64,000 nt of DNA, taken from NCBI GenBank assembly GCA_964441265.1, contig CAYYKJ010000003.1, positions 96,579-160,578 of the forward strand. Direction: 5' to 3'. The stretch comes from an uncultured archaeon. Its GTDB lineage: Archaea; Aenigmatarchaeota; Aenigmatarchaeia; QMZP01; QMZT01. Position numbers and translations under genes: made by a program. Numbering within the stretch: the stretch's first letter is position 1; every line of letters starts with the position of its first letter. Under the pieces are notes generated by a model. It searched no databases. It was not told the DNA's origin and saw nothing but the letters and a program-made list of their open reading frames with translations. Of this stretch, positions 10,217-19,572 are shown one piece after another.

Positions 10217-10612
10217 TCACTCCTTCAACAACAGGAACACTACAATGCTTAGTGCCATCACTACCATTATACCTCCGAACATATTCAGCAGGAGCACCTG
10301 TTGGGCGCTCCAGAGATGAAATAGGAAACCTGTGGGAGCGAGCAGATTCCTGACCAGTGTTTCCATGAGCACAAGGAACACCATGAAAAAGGCCATCACA
10401 CCCTCCATTATGTGAGCCGTGTCTTCCTTTATCACCCTTTCCGCTTTCTTGAGCCCGAAAACAATTCCTATCAGCGCTAATCCGACCACCACCATTGCTC
10501 CCCCCGGGAAAGAGCCTCCCGGGGAAAGATGCCCATGGACTATTACGTAGACACCGAAGAGGAGTATGAAAGGAAAAAGACCCTTTGTTATCGTCTTAAC
10601 TATTATGTCCAT
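10217..10612 (-). CDS. MbhF / MnhB-like subunit
   Basis: HGHLSPGGSFPGG motif, 4 TM. Confidence 0.9.
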   Translation of the reverse strand: MDIIVKTITKGLFPFILLFGVYVIVHGHLSPGGSFPGGAMVVVGLALIGIVFGLKKAERVIKEDTAHIMEGVMAFFMVFLVLMETLVRNLLAPTGFLFHLWSAQQVLLLNMFGGIMVVMALSIVVFLLLKE

Positions 10613-10895
10613 TGCTATCCCCCCTTTCCTTTTTCAGGTTGAACATCATGAGACTGAACACCCCTATCGCGGCCGTGAAGAGGACTGTTTCCTCTCCCAT
10701 GGTGTCAAAGCTCCTGAAATCCCACACTACCGAACCGACCACGTTGGGGGATTTGGTCTCCGCGAAAGACTCCCGCAGATAATAGTCGGCAAGCGGCTTG
10801 GAATCCCAAGAAGCGAATCCCGGCAGGAATATCACCGAAAGCATCACTGAAAATATTATCACCAGCGAACCGATTACCGTCAATCTCTTCAGCAT
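10596..10895 (-). CDS. MbhE-like subunit
   Basis: NVVGSVVWDFRSFDTMGEETVLF motif. Confidence 0.85.
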   Translation of the reverse strand: MLKRLTVIGSLVIIFSVMLSVIFLPGFASWDSKPLADYYLRESFAETKSPNVVGSVVWDFRSFDTMGEETVLFTAAIGVFSLMMFNLKKERGDSNGHNS

Positions 10896-11122
10896 TTTTC
10901 CACCCTGACAGTTTTTTGGATTGCCAGAACGAATATCAGCGTCATGAGACCCGCCTTGACCGCTGCCTCGGTTATGGCTATGTCAGGGGCCCCCAGGAAC
11001 AGGAAGGCCAGAGACAGCACCAGAGAGGTCATGGCTAAAAATATGACAGAATAAAGTATGTCCTTTGTTACGACTGCGAACAGAGAGAAAGCCACCAGAG
11101 CCACGAGAAGCACTGCAATCAT
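10889..11122 (-). CDS. MbhD-like subunit (DUF4040)
   Basis: APDIAITEAAV motif, 3 TM. Confidence 0.85.
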   Translation of the reverse strand: MIAVLLVALVAFSLFAVVTKDILYSVIFLAMTSLVLSLAFLFLGAPDIAITEAAVKAGLMTLIFVLAIQKTVRVEKC

Positions 11123-11154
11123 ACAATAATATTATAAAAGCCCCGATAAATTGT

Positions 11155-11589
11155 TTAATCCTTGTTTTTCGGTATCATACTCTGTATTTCGGACGTTATC
11201 TTGTTCACTCTCTCCGCGATGGTCTCCATCTGAGTCTGGTTCTCGGCTATGGAATTTTCTATCTCCTTCAGCCTTTCGCCCAGAAGCTCATTAATTCCTT
11301 TCGTATCCTTGTCCAGCACTATACCGGCACCGACATCCGTAAGAAATTCCTTCCGATCGGTTATCTTGCCCCTGGCGAAGCACCCGCTACCCAAAGGTAT
11401 GAGAACGTCGCTCCCTTTATCCATCTTCTTTATCTCTTCAAGCGAGTTGGTGGTGCTTTTGACTTCCATGTACTGGTTCTCCAGAATCTGCTGCTGTTTG
11501 CGCATATTCTCCAGATTCTGCTGGAGTATCTGCATGAGAATGTACTTCTCAGTCATTTCCTTGTCGCCCGGTTTGGCGCCGTTGCTCAT
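11155..11589 (-). CDS. pfdA: Prefoldin subunit alpha
   Basis: Coiled coil - VLIPLGSG/DVGAG hairpins - coiled coil; ATG 11589 preferred over TTG 11610. Confidence 0.9.
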   Translation of the reverse strand: MSNGAKPGDKEMTEKYILMQILQQNLENMRKQQQILENQYMEVKSTTNSLEEIKKMDKGSDVLIPLGSGCFARGKITDRKEFLTDVGAGIVLDKDTKGINELLGERLKEIENSIAENQTQMETIAERVNKITSEIQSMIPKNKD

Positions 11590-11635
11590 AAGCTGATTAA
11601 TGTATCCCAAATATATAAGTTTGCCTTGGCGGGAG

Positions 11636-11974
11636 TCACAGAAGTTTCAGGTGCTTCGTCATCCTGTCTATTTCCCTCTCCTCGCACGGTCCTATTCCCA
11701 GGGCGGTCACCGTTCCCGGCTCCACCTGGGTCTTTCCGGCGTCCCTGACCAGGAAGCAGGGGAATTTTCTCTTCGCCTTCTCATATATCTTCATGAGCTC
11801 CTCACGGCTTCCCACCTTAAGAACGACCTTTTTTGATCCCTCCGCCTCCCACTGGGCCCTGTCCTTGGCACCGGAATCCTTGTAAGATCCCAGGCTGGCA
11901 TGGGCCACCTGGGCGGCCAGCTTTCCCCTGTCCATCTTTATGTCCTTCCTCACCAGAATGACTTGCTTGAGCAT
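11636..11974 (-). CDS. pth2: Peptidyl-tRNA hydrolase Pth2
   Basis: KQVILVRKD, GKLAAQVAHA, DAGKTQV.PGT.T..GIGP; start reassigned to ATG 11974. Confidence 0.96.
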   Translation of the reverse strand: MLKQVILVRKDIKMDRGKLAAQVAHASLGSYKDSGAKDRAQWEAEGSKKVVLKVGSREELMKIYEKAKRKFPCFLVRDAGKTQVEPGTVTALGIGPCEEREIDRMTKHLKLL

Positions 11975-12081
11975 AATAGTAATTTGTCTGACCAAATAAA
12001 AAAACAATAGAAAAAGAGATACGTAGGTCGGGATAAAAAAACAAATTTAATGGACAATATCGTTAGCTGGTCATCGCTGGT

Positions 12082-12528
12082 TTATATGGTTCCTGTCACT
12101 GTAGCGGAGTCAGTCGCCTGGTATCCCCCCTGCGGGGTGTAGGTAACAGTCACCTTGAGGGAATAGGATGCCCCGGAGGACAGACCCATGGTCGTGCAGT
12201 TCACTGTCGTCTCCTTTATCTCACCTGGCGTTATTATGAAGGAAGTCGAGTTGGTCGTGCACCCGGTCCCTCCTGCGGTGGGATCCACCGCCACCGAATC
12301 GATTGTAACTGTCTTCCCTACCTGGTTGGGGAGCTTTATCCTGAATGTCCCCCCTGCCTCCAGGTCGTGCGCTGTGGAAGCCCCAAGAGTCTGGAATCTT
12401 GCCTCTGTGGTTGTCGTTGCCGGTGTGAAAACACCCAATGCGTATAGCGCTGCTGCCACTATTATAACGATCAATATTGCCCATCCGTATGTCATCAGAT
12501 ATTCCATTGCTGATTGTGCCTTTCTCAT
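12082..12528 (-). CDS. Type IV pilin-like protein with class III signal peptide (copy 2)
   Basis: RKA|QSAMEYLMTYGWAILI hydrophobic N-helix, Cys pair in head domain. Confidence 0.9.
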   Translation of the reverse strand: MRKAQSAMEYLMTYGWAILIVIIVAAALYALGVFTPATTTTEARFQTLGASTAHDLEAGGTFRIKLPNQVGKTVTIDSVAVDPTAGGTGCTTNSTSFIITPGEIKETTVNCTTMGLSSGASYSLKVTVTYTPQGGYQATDSATVTGTI

Positions 12529-13147
12529 ATTGATCAGTTTATAATTGGTTCAAAGTGGTATAAATAAACGTCTTTCTCCGGAGAAACGCCCCCGCAGGGC
12601 ATGGAAAATACGCTAACATAATAAAAAATAAAAAAATAGTAAAATCCGGGGGCAATAGGTTCAATCTTATACTGTTCCGGTCACCGTGGCACTGTCTGAC
12701 TGTCCGTATCCGCCCGTGGGTGTGAAATCAACTGTAAGCTTCAGCGAATACGGTGCTCCGGAAGACAGACCCATCGGGCTGCAGTCCACCGTAGTCTCCA
12801 CTATCTGTCCCGGGGTTATGGTGAATGAAGTCGTGTTGGTCGTGCACCCGGTCCCTCCAGCTGTCGGGGTCACCGCGACCGAAGTGACGTTAACTGTCTT
12901 CCCTACCTGGTTGGGGAGCTTTATCCTGAATGTCCCCCCTGCCTCCAGGTCGTGCGCTGTGGAAGCCCCAAGAGTCTGGAATCTTGCCTCTGTGGTTGTC
13001 GTTGCCGGTGTGAAAACACCCAATGCGTATAGCGCTGCTGCCACTATTATAACGATCAATATTGCCCATCCGTATGTCATCAGATATTCCATTGCTGATT
13101 GTGCCTTTCTCATATTGATCAGTTTATAATTGGTTCAAAGTGGTATA
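12306..13147. repeat. Perfect 257-bp direct repeat (12306-12562 = 12891-13147) covering the pilin 5' halves and upstream region
   Basis: Base-by-base comparison, offset 585 bp. Confidence 0.9.
12667..13113 (-). CDS. Type IV pilin-like protein with class III signal peptide (copy 1)
   Basis: Paralog of 12082..12528, identical N-terminal half. Confidence 0.9.
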   Translation of the reverse strand: MRKAQSAMEYLMTYGWAILIVIIVAAALYALGVFTPATTTTEARFQTLGASTAHDLEAGGTFRIKLPNQVGKTVNVTSVAVTPTAGGTGCTTNTTSFTITPGQIVETTVDCSPMGLSSGAPYSLKLTVDFTPTGGYGQSDSATVTGTV

Positions 13148-13186
13148 TAAGCATTATTTAAAGTGGTATTCTCCCTTCGTTTCGCT

Positions 13187-14146
13187 TCATACCGGCTTGA
13201 AACCGGCAAACATGGTGGATATCATCACCCTCGCCCCGAAGAATATCAGCAGAGCGACCACCATGAATATGGGGAAGTACTTTATCCCCTCCTTCTCCCT
13301 TCCGCTGCTTATGAGCCCGATAATTATGCCGGAAAAGAAGGTGGTTATGAGTATGGCGGTCACTGAGAAAATCAGCAGGAAGTCCGGGGAAATGGACGCG
13401 CTGAACTTGAAGAAGGGCATGTTGGAGGGCATCGCATTGGGGACGTTGCTGGAGGCGCCGATGGAAGAGAGGGTGGTTATAAGGAATATGGAAAGTGCAT
13501 AAAGTATGGGTGCCCCAAATACACCGGCGAAAACTATGAATATGCCGTACATTATTATGTTCGCCTTCACCTCCTTCTGTATGGCCTGTTTCCTGCGTAT
13601 GTCGATGGCGTTCTCCTCGAGCAGGGCCACCAGCTGGCCTCCTGACCTCGACCCTTCGGCTATGAGTTTGAGGGAATTTTCAAGTATGTCGGATTTTATG
13701 TATCTTGAAATCCTGGCCATGCTGGAGGCGAGGGTCTTACCGGTCATTATGTCCTTCCCGCATTTCTTTATCGCATCGGAAAGAGGACCGAATTCCGACC
13801 TCGCGCTGAGCAGGAGGGCCTTGCTGGGTATGAAGCCTGCCTTTATATTGGCAGCCATCAGCTCCAGCGCATCAGGGAGTATGCTCTCCACGAAATTCCT
13901 CCTCTTGTCTATGGCGAGTATGAGCCATGCGTTCATGAAGAGGAATACGCCGGCGAAAACGCCGCCGAGAACCAGCCAAAAATAGGGCTGCACGAAGAAG
14001 GCGACGGCAACCGCGATGACGGCGCTCACCACAAGAGATTTGTTGATATAGGCACCGGCGGTCGTTTCCATGCCGGAAAGCATTATCATGCTGTCTATCT
14101 TGTTCCTGTATCTCTTGGGAAAAAGCATGTAAATCATATCAATCAA
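13187..14146 (-). CDS. Type II secretion system F / TadB-C pilus platform protein
   Basis: LPDALELMAANIKAG, EFGPLS, SGG.L..LL; multi-TM. Confidence 0.9.
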   Translation of the reverse strand: MIDMIYMLFPKRYRNKIDSMIMLSGMETTAGAYINKSLVVSAVIAVAVAFFVQPYFWLVLGGVFAGVFLFMNAWLILAIDKRRNFVESILPDALELMAANIKAGFIPSKALLLSARSEFGPLSDAIKKCGKDIMTGKTLASSMARISRYIKSDILENSLKLIAEGSRSGGQLVALLEENAIDIRRKQAIQKEVKANIIMYGIFIVFAGVFGAPILYALSIFLITTLSSIGASSNVPNAMPSNMPFFKFSASISPDFLLIFSVTAILITTFFSGIIIGLISSGREKEGIKYFPIFMVVALLIFFGARVMISTMFAGFKPV

Positions 14147-15032
14147 TCCCCACGGGCCTCCTGGATTTTATTAGTCCTATGAACATGAACTGGAAGAAAA
14201 CCAGGGCACCGAGTATCCCCATCAGTATCGTATACATGTCCATGGCTATGCCGGTGAAGGATGACAGCACCAGGAGAAAGGTTATGCCCAGCGTGGGAAA
14301 TATCACCGCGAGCATCATATACATCAGTGCGAGGGGGTTCAGCTGGGAGCCGTATTTTTTTATGGACACCCTCTGTTCGATGGCCAGTGACTCGACTATC
14401 TCCTTCATGGTAGACCCTATGTCAGACCCGGATTTCAGGGAGTTTATGAGCTGCCACATCACTCTCCGGAAAAACAAGGAGGGAGTCTCCCTGGTCAGCT
14501 TTTCCAGGGACTCCGCCTCAGATTTCCCGGTGTTTATCTCATTGACCACCTTGCGGATCTCGTCAGAAAGCACGCCGTAATCGGTCTTGGCTATGGAGAC
14601 GAATGTATCGTAGAGAGTAACTCCGGAGCGCACCTGGACCAGCATGTGGTGAAGGACCTGGGGGAGGTTTTTCTCTATGGCCTTTATCTTCCGCTTGGAG
14701 GAAAATTTGGGATAGAAGATTATGAAAAACATGCTGGCAAAGCCTATGGCAAGCCCTGAGAGGAGGGAGAGTGAGAGAGACATCGCAATTCCTGCATGGG
14801 CTGCGACTGTTATGAGGAACATGAGCGCGAATATCAGGGAGAAGTAGAAAAGGAAGGTAAACAAAGCTATGGAGGACCATCTCCTCGGGCTTATCTCTAT
14901 GTCCGCCTGTTCCAGGTCGAACTCCATGGAGGGGAACATCTTGGATATGTTTTCCCCCATGCCCAGAAAGTGCTCCGTTATCCGGATCACCTTCGAATAC
15001 GGAATCGGAAGGAAGGGTATTTTGTTTTTCAC
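14139..15032 (-). CDS. Type II secretion system F / TadB-C pilus platform protein
   Basis: IEKNLP..L.HMLVQVRSG, DYGVLS.E, YGSQLNPLALMYM. Confidence 0.9.
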   Translation of the reverse strand: MKNKIPFLPIPYSKVIRITEHFLGMGENISKMFPSMEFDLEQADIEISPRRWSSIALFTFLFYFSLIFALMFLITVAAHAGIAMSLSLSLLSGLAIGFASMFFIIFYPKFSSKRKIKAIEKNLPQVLHHMLVQVRSGVTLYDTFVSIAKTDYGVLSDEIRKVVNEINTGKSEAESLEKLTRETPSLFFRRVMWQLINSLKSGSDIGSTMKEIVESLAIEQRVSIKKYGSQLNPLALMYMMLAVIFPTLGITFLLVLSSFTGIAMDMYTILMGILGALVFFQFMFIGLIKSRRPVGID

Positions 15033-15072
15033 GTTCTATAATTGTTTTTCTTTCGATATAAATAATAGGATT

Positions 15073-15741
15073 CTAACCGAGCTCCAGGCGGAGCACACCT
15101 TCGGAGAAATCCTTGTTCACCACGCTGGAATCGGGGGGCTTGGTGAGTATCTTGAAATATGCCTTCTTGCCGGCTATGGCCTTGACCTCCACACTATTCT
15201 CAAGGGAGGTTATGTGTATGTCTTTGGTCTCTTTCACGCCGGGTATCTTTATCTCCACGACTATCCTGTCACCCACCCTCCTGACCTCCGTCTCCGGCTC
15301 CTCGGTCACCTTGGGGGCCTCACTGGTCTCGGGCTCCCCGGTGGTCCTCTCTGGAGAATCTTCTCTATTGATTTCACTGCCTTCGGGTTCCGGGGATTTG
15401 CCTATTCCCATCTTCCTCATCTCCTTCTCTATGTCCTTCCTGTTGACGTCGCCGAAGGTCTTCACGGAAACACTGGGCTTTTTTCCGCTTCCCCTGGTTA
15501 TCTTTATAGAAAATCCGCTTCCTCTGGGCCTTTTACGGAAGAAGGGGGAAAGGTCGAAAACCTCGAAATTCTTCTCGAGGGGATTGTCCATGTCGGACAG
15601 GTCATTGCCCAGCCTGGACATCTCCTTTTCCATCATATCGAAGGCATCGGAAAACATGTCATTCTTCCTTATTCTGGCACCGCATCTGGGACAGAACTCC
15701 CACTCCTCGCTCACTTCTTCCCCGCAACTGCCGCATTTCAT
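15073..15741 (-). CDS. Zinc-ribbon plus Hsp20/alpha-crystallin-like protein
   Basis: CxxC...CPxCG N-terminus; EPET, IPGVKE..DI, F.EGVL.LE C-terminal domain. Confidence 0.75.
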   Translation of the reverse strand: MKCGSCGEEVSEEWEFCPRCGARIRKNDMFSDAFDMMEKEMSRLGNDLSDMDNPLEKNFEVFDLSPFFRKRPRGSGFSIKITRGSGKKPSVSVKTFGDVNRKDIEKEMRKMGIGKSPEPEGSEINREDSPERTTGEPETSEAPKVTEEPETEVRRVGDRIVVEIKIPGVKETKDIHITSLENSVEVKAIAGKKAYFKILTKPPDSSVVNKDFSEGVLRLELG

Positions 15742-15811
15742 GCCAATCAGTTGAAATTAAGGAAAGGTTCTATTTATAAGTTACGAAATGGCCCCGGAGC
15801 CGGCCTGAAAA

Positions 15812-16297
15812 TTATTTGATTATGTCGGCTGTGGCGGCGCCCACCGAAGCGAAGAACGATATGAATATGAATATCCTGAATATCCAAAGGGGATCAGCTA
15901 TATGGGAAACCACTCCGAAAAGCCAGAGTATGAAGATGCTTACCGAATAGGCCACCAGGAAAAGGGAAACAAGACGCTTGGGGATGTACATTCTCCCCGC
16001 TATGTGCGTGTTTATGTCCCCTCCTATGCTCTCCTTGGCGACCTTCTGGAATCTCGTGTAGTAGATGATTATAGAAGCGATCGTTATGCTCAGCACGACG
16101 AAAACGACCATCCTCAGAACGCTCAGACCCCGGGCCAGATTCCAGACCTCCTCTGTCACGCTCAGGGGGGCGGAAAAAAGGACGGCCCCGAATATCTGCT
16201 GGGCCACGTCATCCAGCCCGAATCTTTCCGGCTTTATCTTCTGGGCTAAGTAAGATATCCTCGATTTCCCATTTTCTTTCAGCGTTGCAACGACCAT
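15812..16297 (-). CDS. DUF2391 family membrane protein
   Basis: D.AQQI.GA..F..PL.VTEEVW..A, GAATADII. Confidence 0.8.
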   Translation of the reverse strand: MVVATLKENGKSRISYLAQKIKPERFGLDDVAQQIFGAVLFSAPLSVTEEVWNLARGLSVLRMVVFVVLSITIASIIIYYTRFQKVAKESIGGDINTHIAGRMYIPKRLVSLFLVAYSVSIFILWLFGVVSHIADPLWIFRIFIFISFFASVGAATADIIK

Positions 16298-16426
16298 GAC
16301 TTCCCCCCGGAGCCACTGAACCAGAAGTTTCTTCGCCCATCTGTACCGATAACAAGATTATTATGGCATGATTTATATATATTTAACAAAACAGATTCCT
16401 GTCAAGCGGAAAAGGAAGATGATATT

Positions 16427-16894
16427 ATGTTCGGTCTGGAGAGAAAGAAGGGAAACGTCGCGATATTCATAGACGGTCCAAACATGATAAGGAAGGAGTT
16501 CAGCATAAACCTCAGGGAACTCCGGGGAACAGCGGAGAAATACGGGAGGATAATATTCGGAAAGGTTTTCCTAAACCAGTACGCCTCCGAAAAACTTATA
16601 GAGGCGATCGCCAACCAGGGATTCGAGCCCAAGGTGGTGCTGGCAGGGGAAACGGAATCGGACGTGGATGTGAGCGTCGCCGTGGAAATCGTGCAGGCAG
16701 CTTACAACAAGAGGGTGGACGTAATCTGCCTGGTCTCGAGGGACGCGGACTTTCTGCCCGCTCTGCAGGTCGCAAAGAAGATGGGGAAAAGGGTAATTGT
16801 CATGGGGGCCAAAAGCGGTTTCTCAAAGGCCCTCCAGCACATGGCTGACGGGGTCGAGATACTTGAGAAGGGAACACTGAAAAAGGAGAATTAG
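16427..16894 (+). CDS. NYN domain protein (TIGR00288-like)
   Basis: FIDGPNMIRKEF, DVDV, SRDADFLP. Confidence 0.9.
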   Translation: MFGLERKKGNVAIFIDGPNMIRKEFSINLRELRGTAEKYGRIIFGKVFLNQYASEKLIEAIANQGFEPKVVLAGETESDVDVSVAVEIVQAAYNKRVDVICLVSRDADFLPALQVAKKMGKRVIVMGAKSGFSKALQHMADGVEILEKGTLKKEN

Positions 16895-17796
16895 ACTCCG
16901 GTGGAAAGCCTGCTTCTTATGCCAACCACGAAATAAGCGCCGACCAGTATCATGGCTGACCCTATTATCTGCAGGACGGGAACCGGTTCATGAAGCCATG
17001 CGTTTCCCAGGACCAGCGAAATCACCGGAGCCAGCAGGAGCAGGAGCGATGCCTTAGAGACGTTTATGTATTTTATCGCGGCATACCAGAAGAGGACGTA
17101 AGCGAAAAGAAACCCTGTGGACACGAGAATGCTGACCATCTGCTGGCCGGTGAGTGAAAATACCACCCCGGCCTTTCCTGTCAGCAGGACCGCCCCGAAC
17201 AGTATCAGCCCCCCGAAGAACATCCTGGAGAATGAGACAACGAAATTCGTGTCGCCCTTTACCATGGACTTCTTGGCTATCACGTTTTCAAGGGCCCACA
17301 ATATCGTGGCCCCTATTATCATAAGATCTCCCAGCTGGGGATTCATCCAAAGCTCTGCGGGGTTTATCGCCGCTGAGAAAACGGCCGCGGTTCCGATAAT
17401 CATCAGTATCATTGCGTATAACTGCTTCCCGGGGATTCTTTCCTTAAGGAAAACGAAGGCGAAGAATGCCGCATAAACCGGAAGCGTCTTGTGAAGGAAG
17501 GCCGCCCTCCCGCTGGTGGTGAACTGGAGTCCTCCGAAGAACATGAGGAAGGCAAAAGACCCGCCTATTATGGATATGAGCGCGAGATACTTCCAATTCG
17601 TCTTCATGCGCTCCTTTCTGAAGCCCCCTGCCGCCAGGGAGATGAAAAGGAAGATTATCCCTATTATCACCGCCCTCACGGCGGTGAACACGGTGGGGTC
17701 TATCCCCGCCACGAAAATCTTGTTTACCGGTATGGAAACCCCCGAGACAACCGCTGTCGCCAGTGCCAGCAGGGTTCCTATCCGCTCCTTATTCAT
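16891..17796 (-). CDS. DMT/EamA family transporter
   Basis: About 10 TM in two repeats, FLKER, L.EP...QIIG. Confidence 0.9.
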   Translation of the reverse strand: MNKERIGTLLALATAVVSGVSIPVNKIFVAGIDPTVFTAVRAVIIGIIFLFISLAAGGFRKERMKTNWKYLALISIIGGSFAFLMFFGGLQFTTSGRAAFLHKTLPVYAAFFAFVFLKERIPGKQLYAMILMIIGTAAVFSAAINPAELWMNPQLGDLMIIGATILWALENVIAKKSMVKGDTNFVVSFSRMFFGGLILFGAVLLTGKAGVVFSLTGQQMVSILVSTGFLFAYVLFWYAAIKYINVSKASLLLLLAPVISLVLGNAWLHEPVPVLQIIGSAMILVGAYFVVGIRSRLSTGV

Positions 17797-18293
17797 TTCC
17801 TCGACCTCAGCATGCTTTTTGCCTGTTCGCTGCTAAGCCTCTCGCATATGTGATCGTAATGGAAGCTGACCCAGTCGTTCCTCCGTATTTCAGGCTCGAA
17901 ATTCTTCTCCAGCACCCTCCTGCCCAGAGGCGTGTTGAGGACGGTCTTCTCCCCGGCCTTCATGACCCTGCCCGGCTTGACGAGACACTCCTTAAGATTG
18001 ACGTCCTTGAAGAAGAGCCTCCTCCACCTGATCGCCTTGTCGTGCTCGCGGAGGAAATATCTCCTTATGTCCTCCTCGTCTATCCTGCTTTTCCCGGCCC
18101 TGCTCGCCAGTATCTCGCACATCTTGCCGGCCACGGGGAAGTATTTTTCCACGGGAAGCTTCGTGTCCTTGCCATCCCTTGTTCTTTCGTCCAGCTTCTT
18201 CAGAACCTCCCGATTCAGATCCCCTCTCTTTACCAGGACCTCCCCGCATGGTATTGCATAGCGAAGGAAGAGCTCCTTGTTGCTCATTTCCAT
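17793..18293 (-). CDS. Hypothetical protein with HypC-like C-terminal barrel (DUF6390-like)
   Basis: FLRYAIPC N-terminus, DWVSFHYDHICERL C-terminus; coupled to hypC-like gene. Confidence 0.55.
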   Translation of the reverse strand: MEMSNKELFLRYAIPCGEVLVKRGDLNREVLKKLDERTRDGKDTKLPVEKYFPVAGKMCEILASRAGKSRIDEEDIRRYFLREHDKAIRWRRLFFKDVNLKECLVKPGRVMKAGEKTVLNTPLGRRVLEKNFEPEIRRNDWVSFHYDHICERLSSEQAKSMLRSRK

Positions 18294-18496
18294 AACTCTT
18301 TCATCTCCTCCATCATGACGTCGAAACCCCTCTTGCTGATTTTCTTTATTATGAAATCGTTGAAGACCAGAACGTGATCACCCTCACTGACATTCTTCTC
18401 CGTGCCTCTCAGCACCTTTCTCTTCTTTCCGAAGATGTCTGCAGTTATATTACCTTCTTCCGACCCGGTGATTCTTCCCGGAAGAGCGAAACACAT
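18284..18496 (-). CDS. hypC: HypC/HybG/HupF family hydrogenase chaperone
   Basis: MCFALPG start (ATG 18496), GDHVLV. Confidence 0.75.
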   Translation of the reverse strand: MCFALPGRITGSEEGNITADIFGKKRKVLRGTEKNVSEGDHVLVFNDFIIKKISKRGFDVMMEEMKELWK

Positions 18497-18539
18497 GATT
18501 CCCACACCATATCTTATTGGCCGCCGGGATAAATAAACT

Positions 18540-19463
18540 TTACATCTTCCCCAAAAGGAAGAGCATGATTGCCATCTGGGACCACATGCGGTTCTCCGCC
18601 TGCCTGAATATGAGAGAGTTCTGATGGTCTATCGCGTCCCTGGTTATCTCGTAGCCGACATGGCAGGGCATGCAGTGCATTATCTTCGCCCTGCTCCCGT
18701 GCTTGTCGAGGAGGGTTTTGTTGAGCTGGTAGGGCATGAATTTCTTTATCCTCCTTTCCTTTTCTTCACGGAACTTCGGGTCGTTTATCAGTTCCATGTC
18801 CACCCAAGTGTCCGTGTGGACGTAGTCGGCGTCTTTGAGAATCCCGAAGTCCCGGGTCTCCCCGTAGAGTCCGGTTTCCTTCGCCCTTTCCGTGAGATCC
18901 TCGTCCACGGAGGGCGGATGCTTACCGCCGGTCAGAAGACTTATCTCGGCTCCCAGCTTCGTGCATACACTGATCAGGGAATTGCTCACATTGTTGCCTA
19001 TGCCGAGCCAGACGACCTTCTTTCCCTCCAGGGGTCCGCCGTCCTCTATCATGGTCATGGCGTCTCCTATGCCCTGGCAGGGATGGTATCTTTCGCAGCA
19101 CCCGTTTATGACGGGGACGCTCACGTTATTCGCCATCATGGACAGGTCATCGTGCTTTTTTGTCCTGGCCATTATTATGTCGGCGTATCTCTCTATCGCC
19201 CTTATTTCGTCCTTCAGGTCGGATATACCCACCTGGGAGGTCCTCTTGTCGAGGAAAATCCCGTGACCTCCCAGCTTGGTCATGCCGGTCTCGAAGCTCA
19301 GCCTGGTCCGCGTGGATGTCTTCCCGAAATACATTATGAGCGTCTTTTTCTTCAGCCTCTCGCCGAATGCTTCCGGGTTCTTCTTTATCTCCAGCGCCTT
19401 GTCTATTATCGATTTAAGCTCGTCTTTTTCCATACCCTTGAGATTCAGCAGGTGCCTTGCCAT
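18540..19463 (-). CDS. argF: Ornithine carbamoyltransferase (divergent)
   Basis: STRTR, HPCQ, HCMP, QAENR. Confidence 0.88.
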   Translation of the reverse strand: MARHLLNLKGMEKDELKSIIDKALEIKKNPEAFGERLKKKTLIMYFGKTSTRTRLSFETGMTKLGGHGIFLDKRTSQVGISDLKDEIRAIERYADIIMARTKKHDDLSMMANNVSVPVINGCCERYHPCQGIGDAMTMIEDGGPLEGKKVVWLGIGNNVSNSLISVCTKLGAEISLLTGGKHPPSVDEDLTERAKETGLYGETRDFGILKDADYVHTDTWVDMELINDPKFREEKERRIKKFMPYQLNKTLLDKHGSRAKIMHCMPCHVGYEITRDAIDHQNSLIFRQAENRMWSQMAIMLFLLGKM

Positions 19464-19572
19464 AGAGAAATCACCTTCTTATAATATGTAAGGGCTTCTT
19501 AAATTATTTTCCCGGAGACGGTAAAAGGAATTCCCCTGTCAATAATTTAACTTAAGTAGTGCAAGTAATATT

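Noticed and set aside
12082-13147. Diversity-generating retroelement TR/VR pair, or archaellins
   Set aside because: No reverse transcriptase, and the differences are not adenine-specific; the proteins lack archaellin features and no arl genes are present.
16295-16340. Upstream ATG (16340) that would join the DUF2391 frame if one G were lost from a G6 run
   Set aside because: The run is short, the same Gs can serve as the SD for ATG 16297, and there is no independent evidence without reads.
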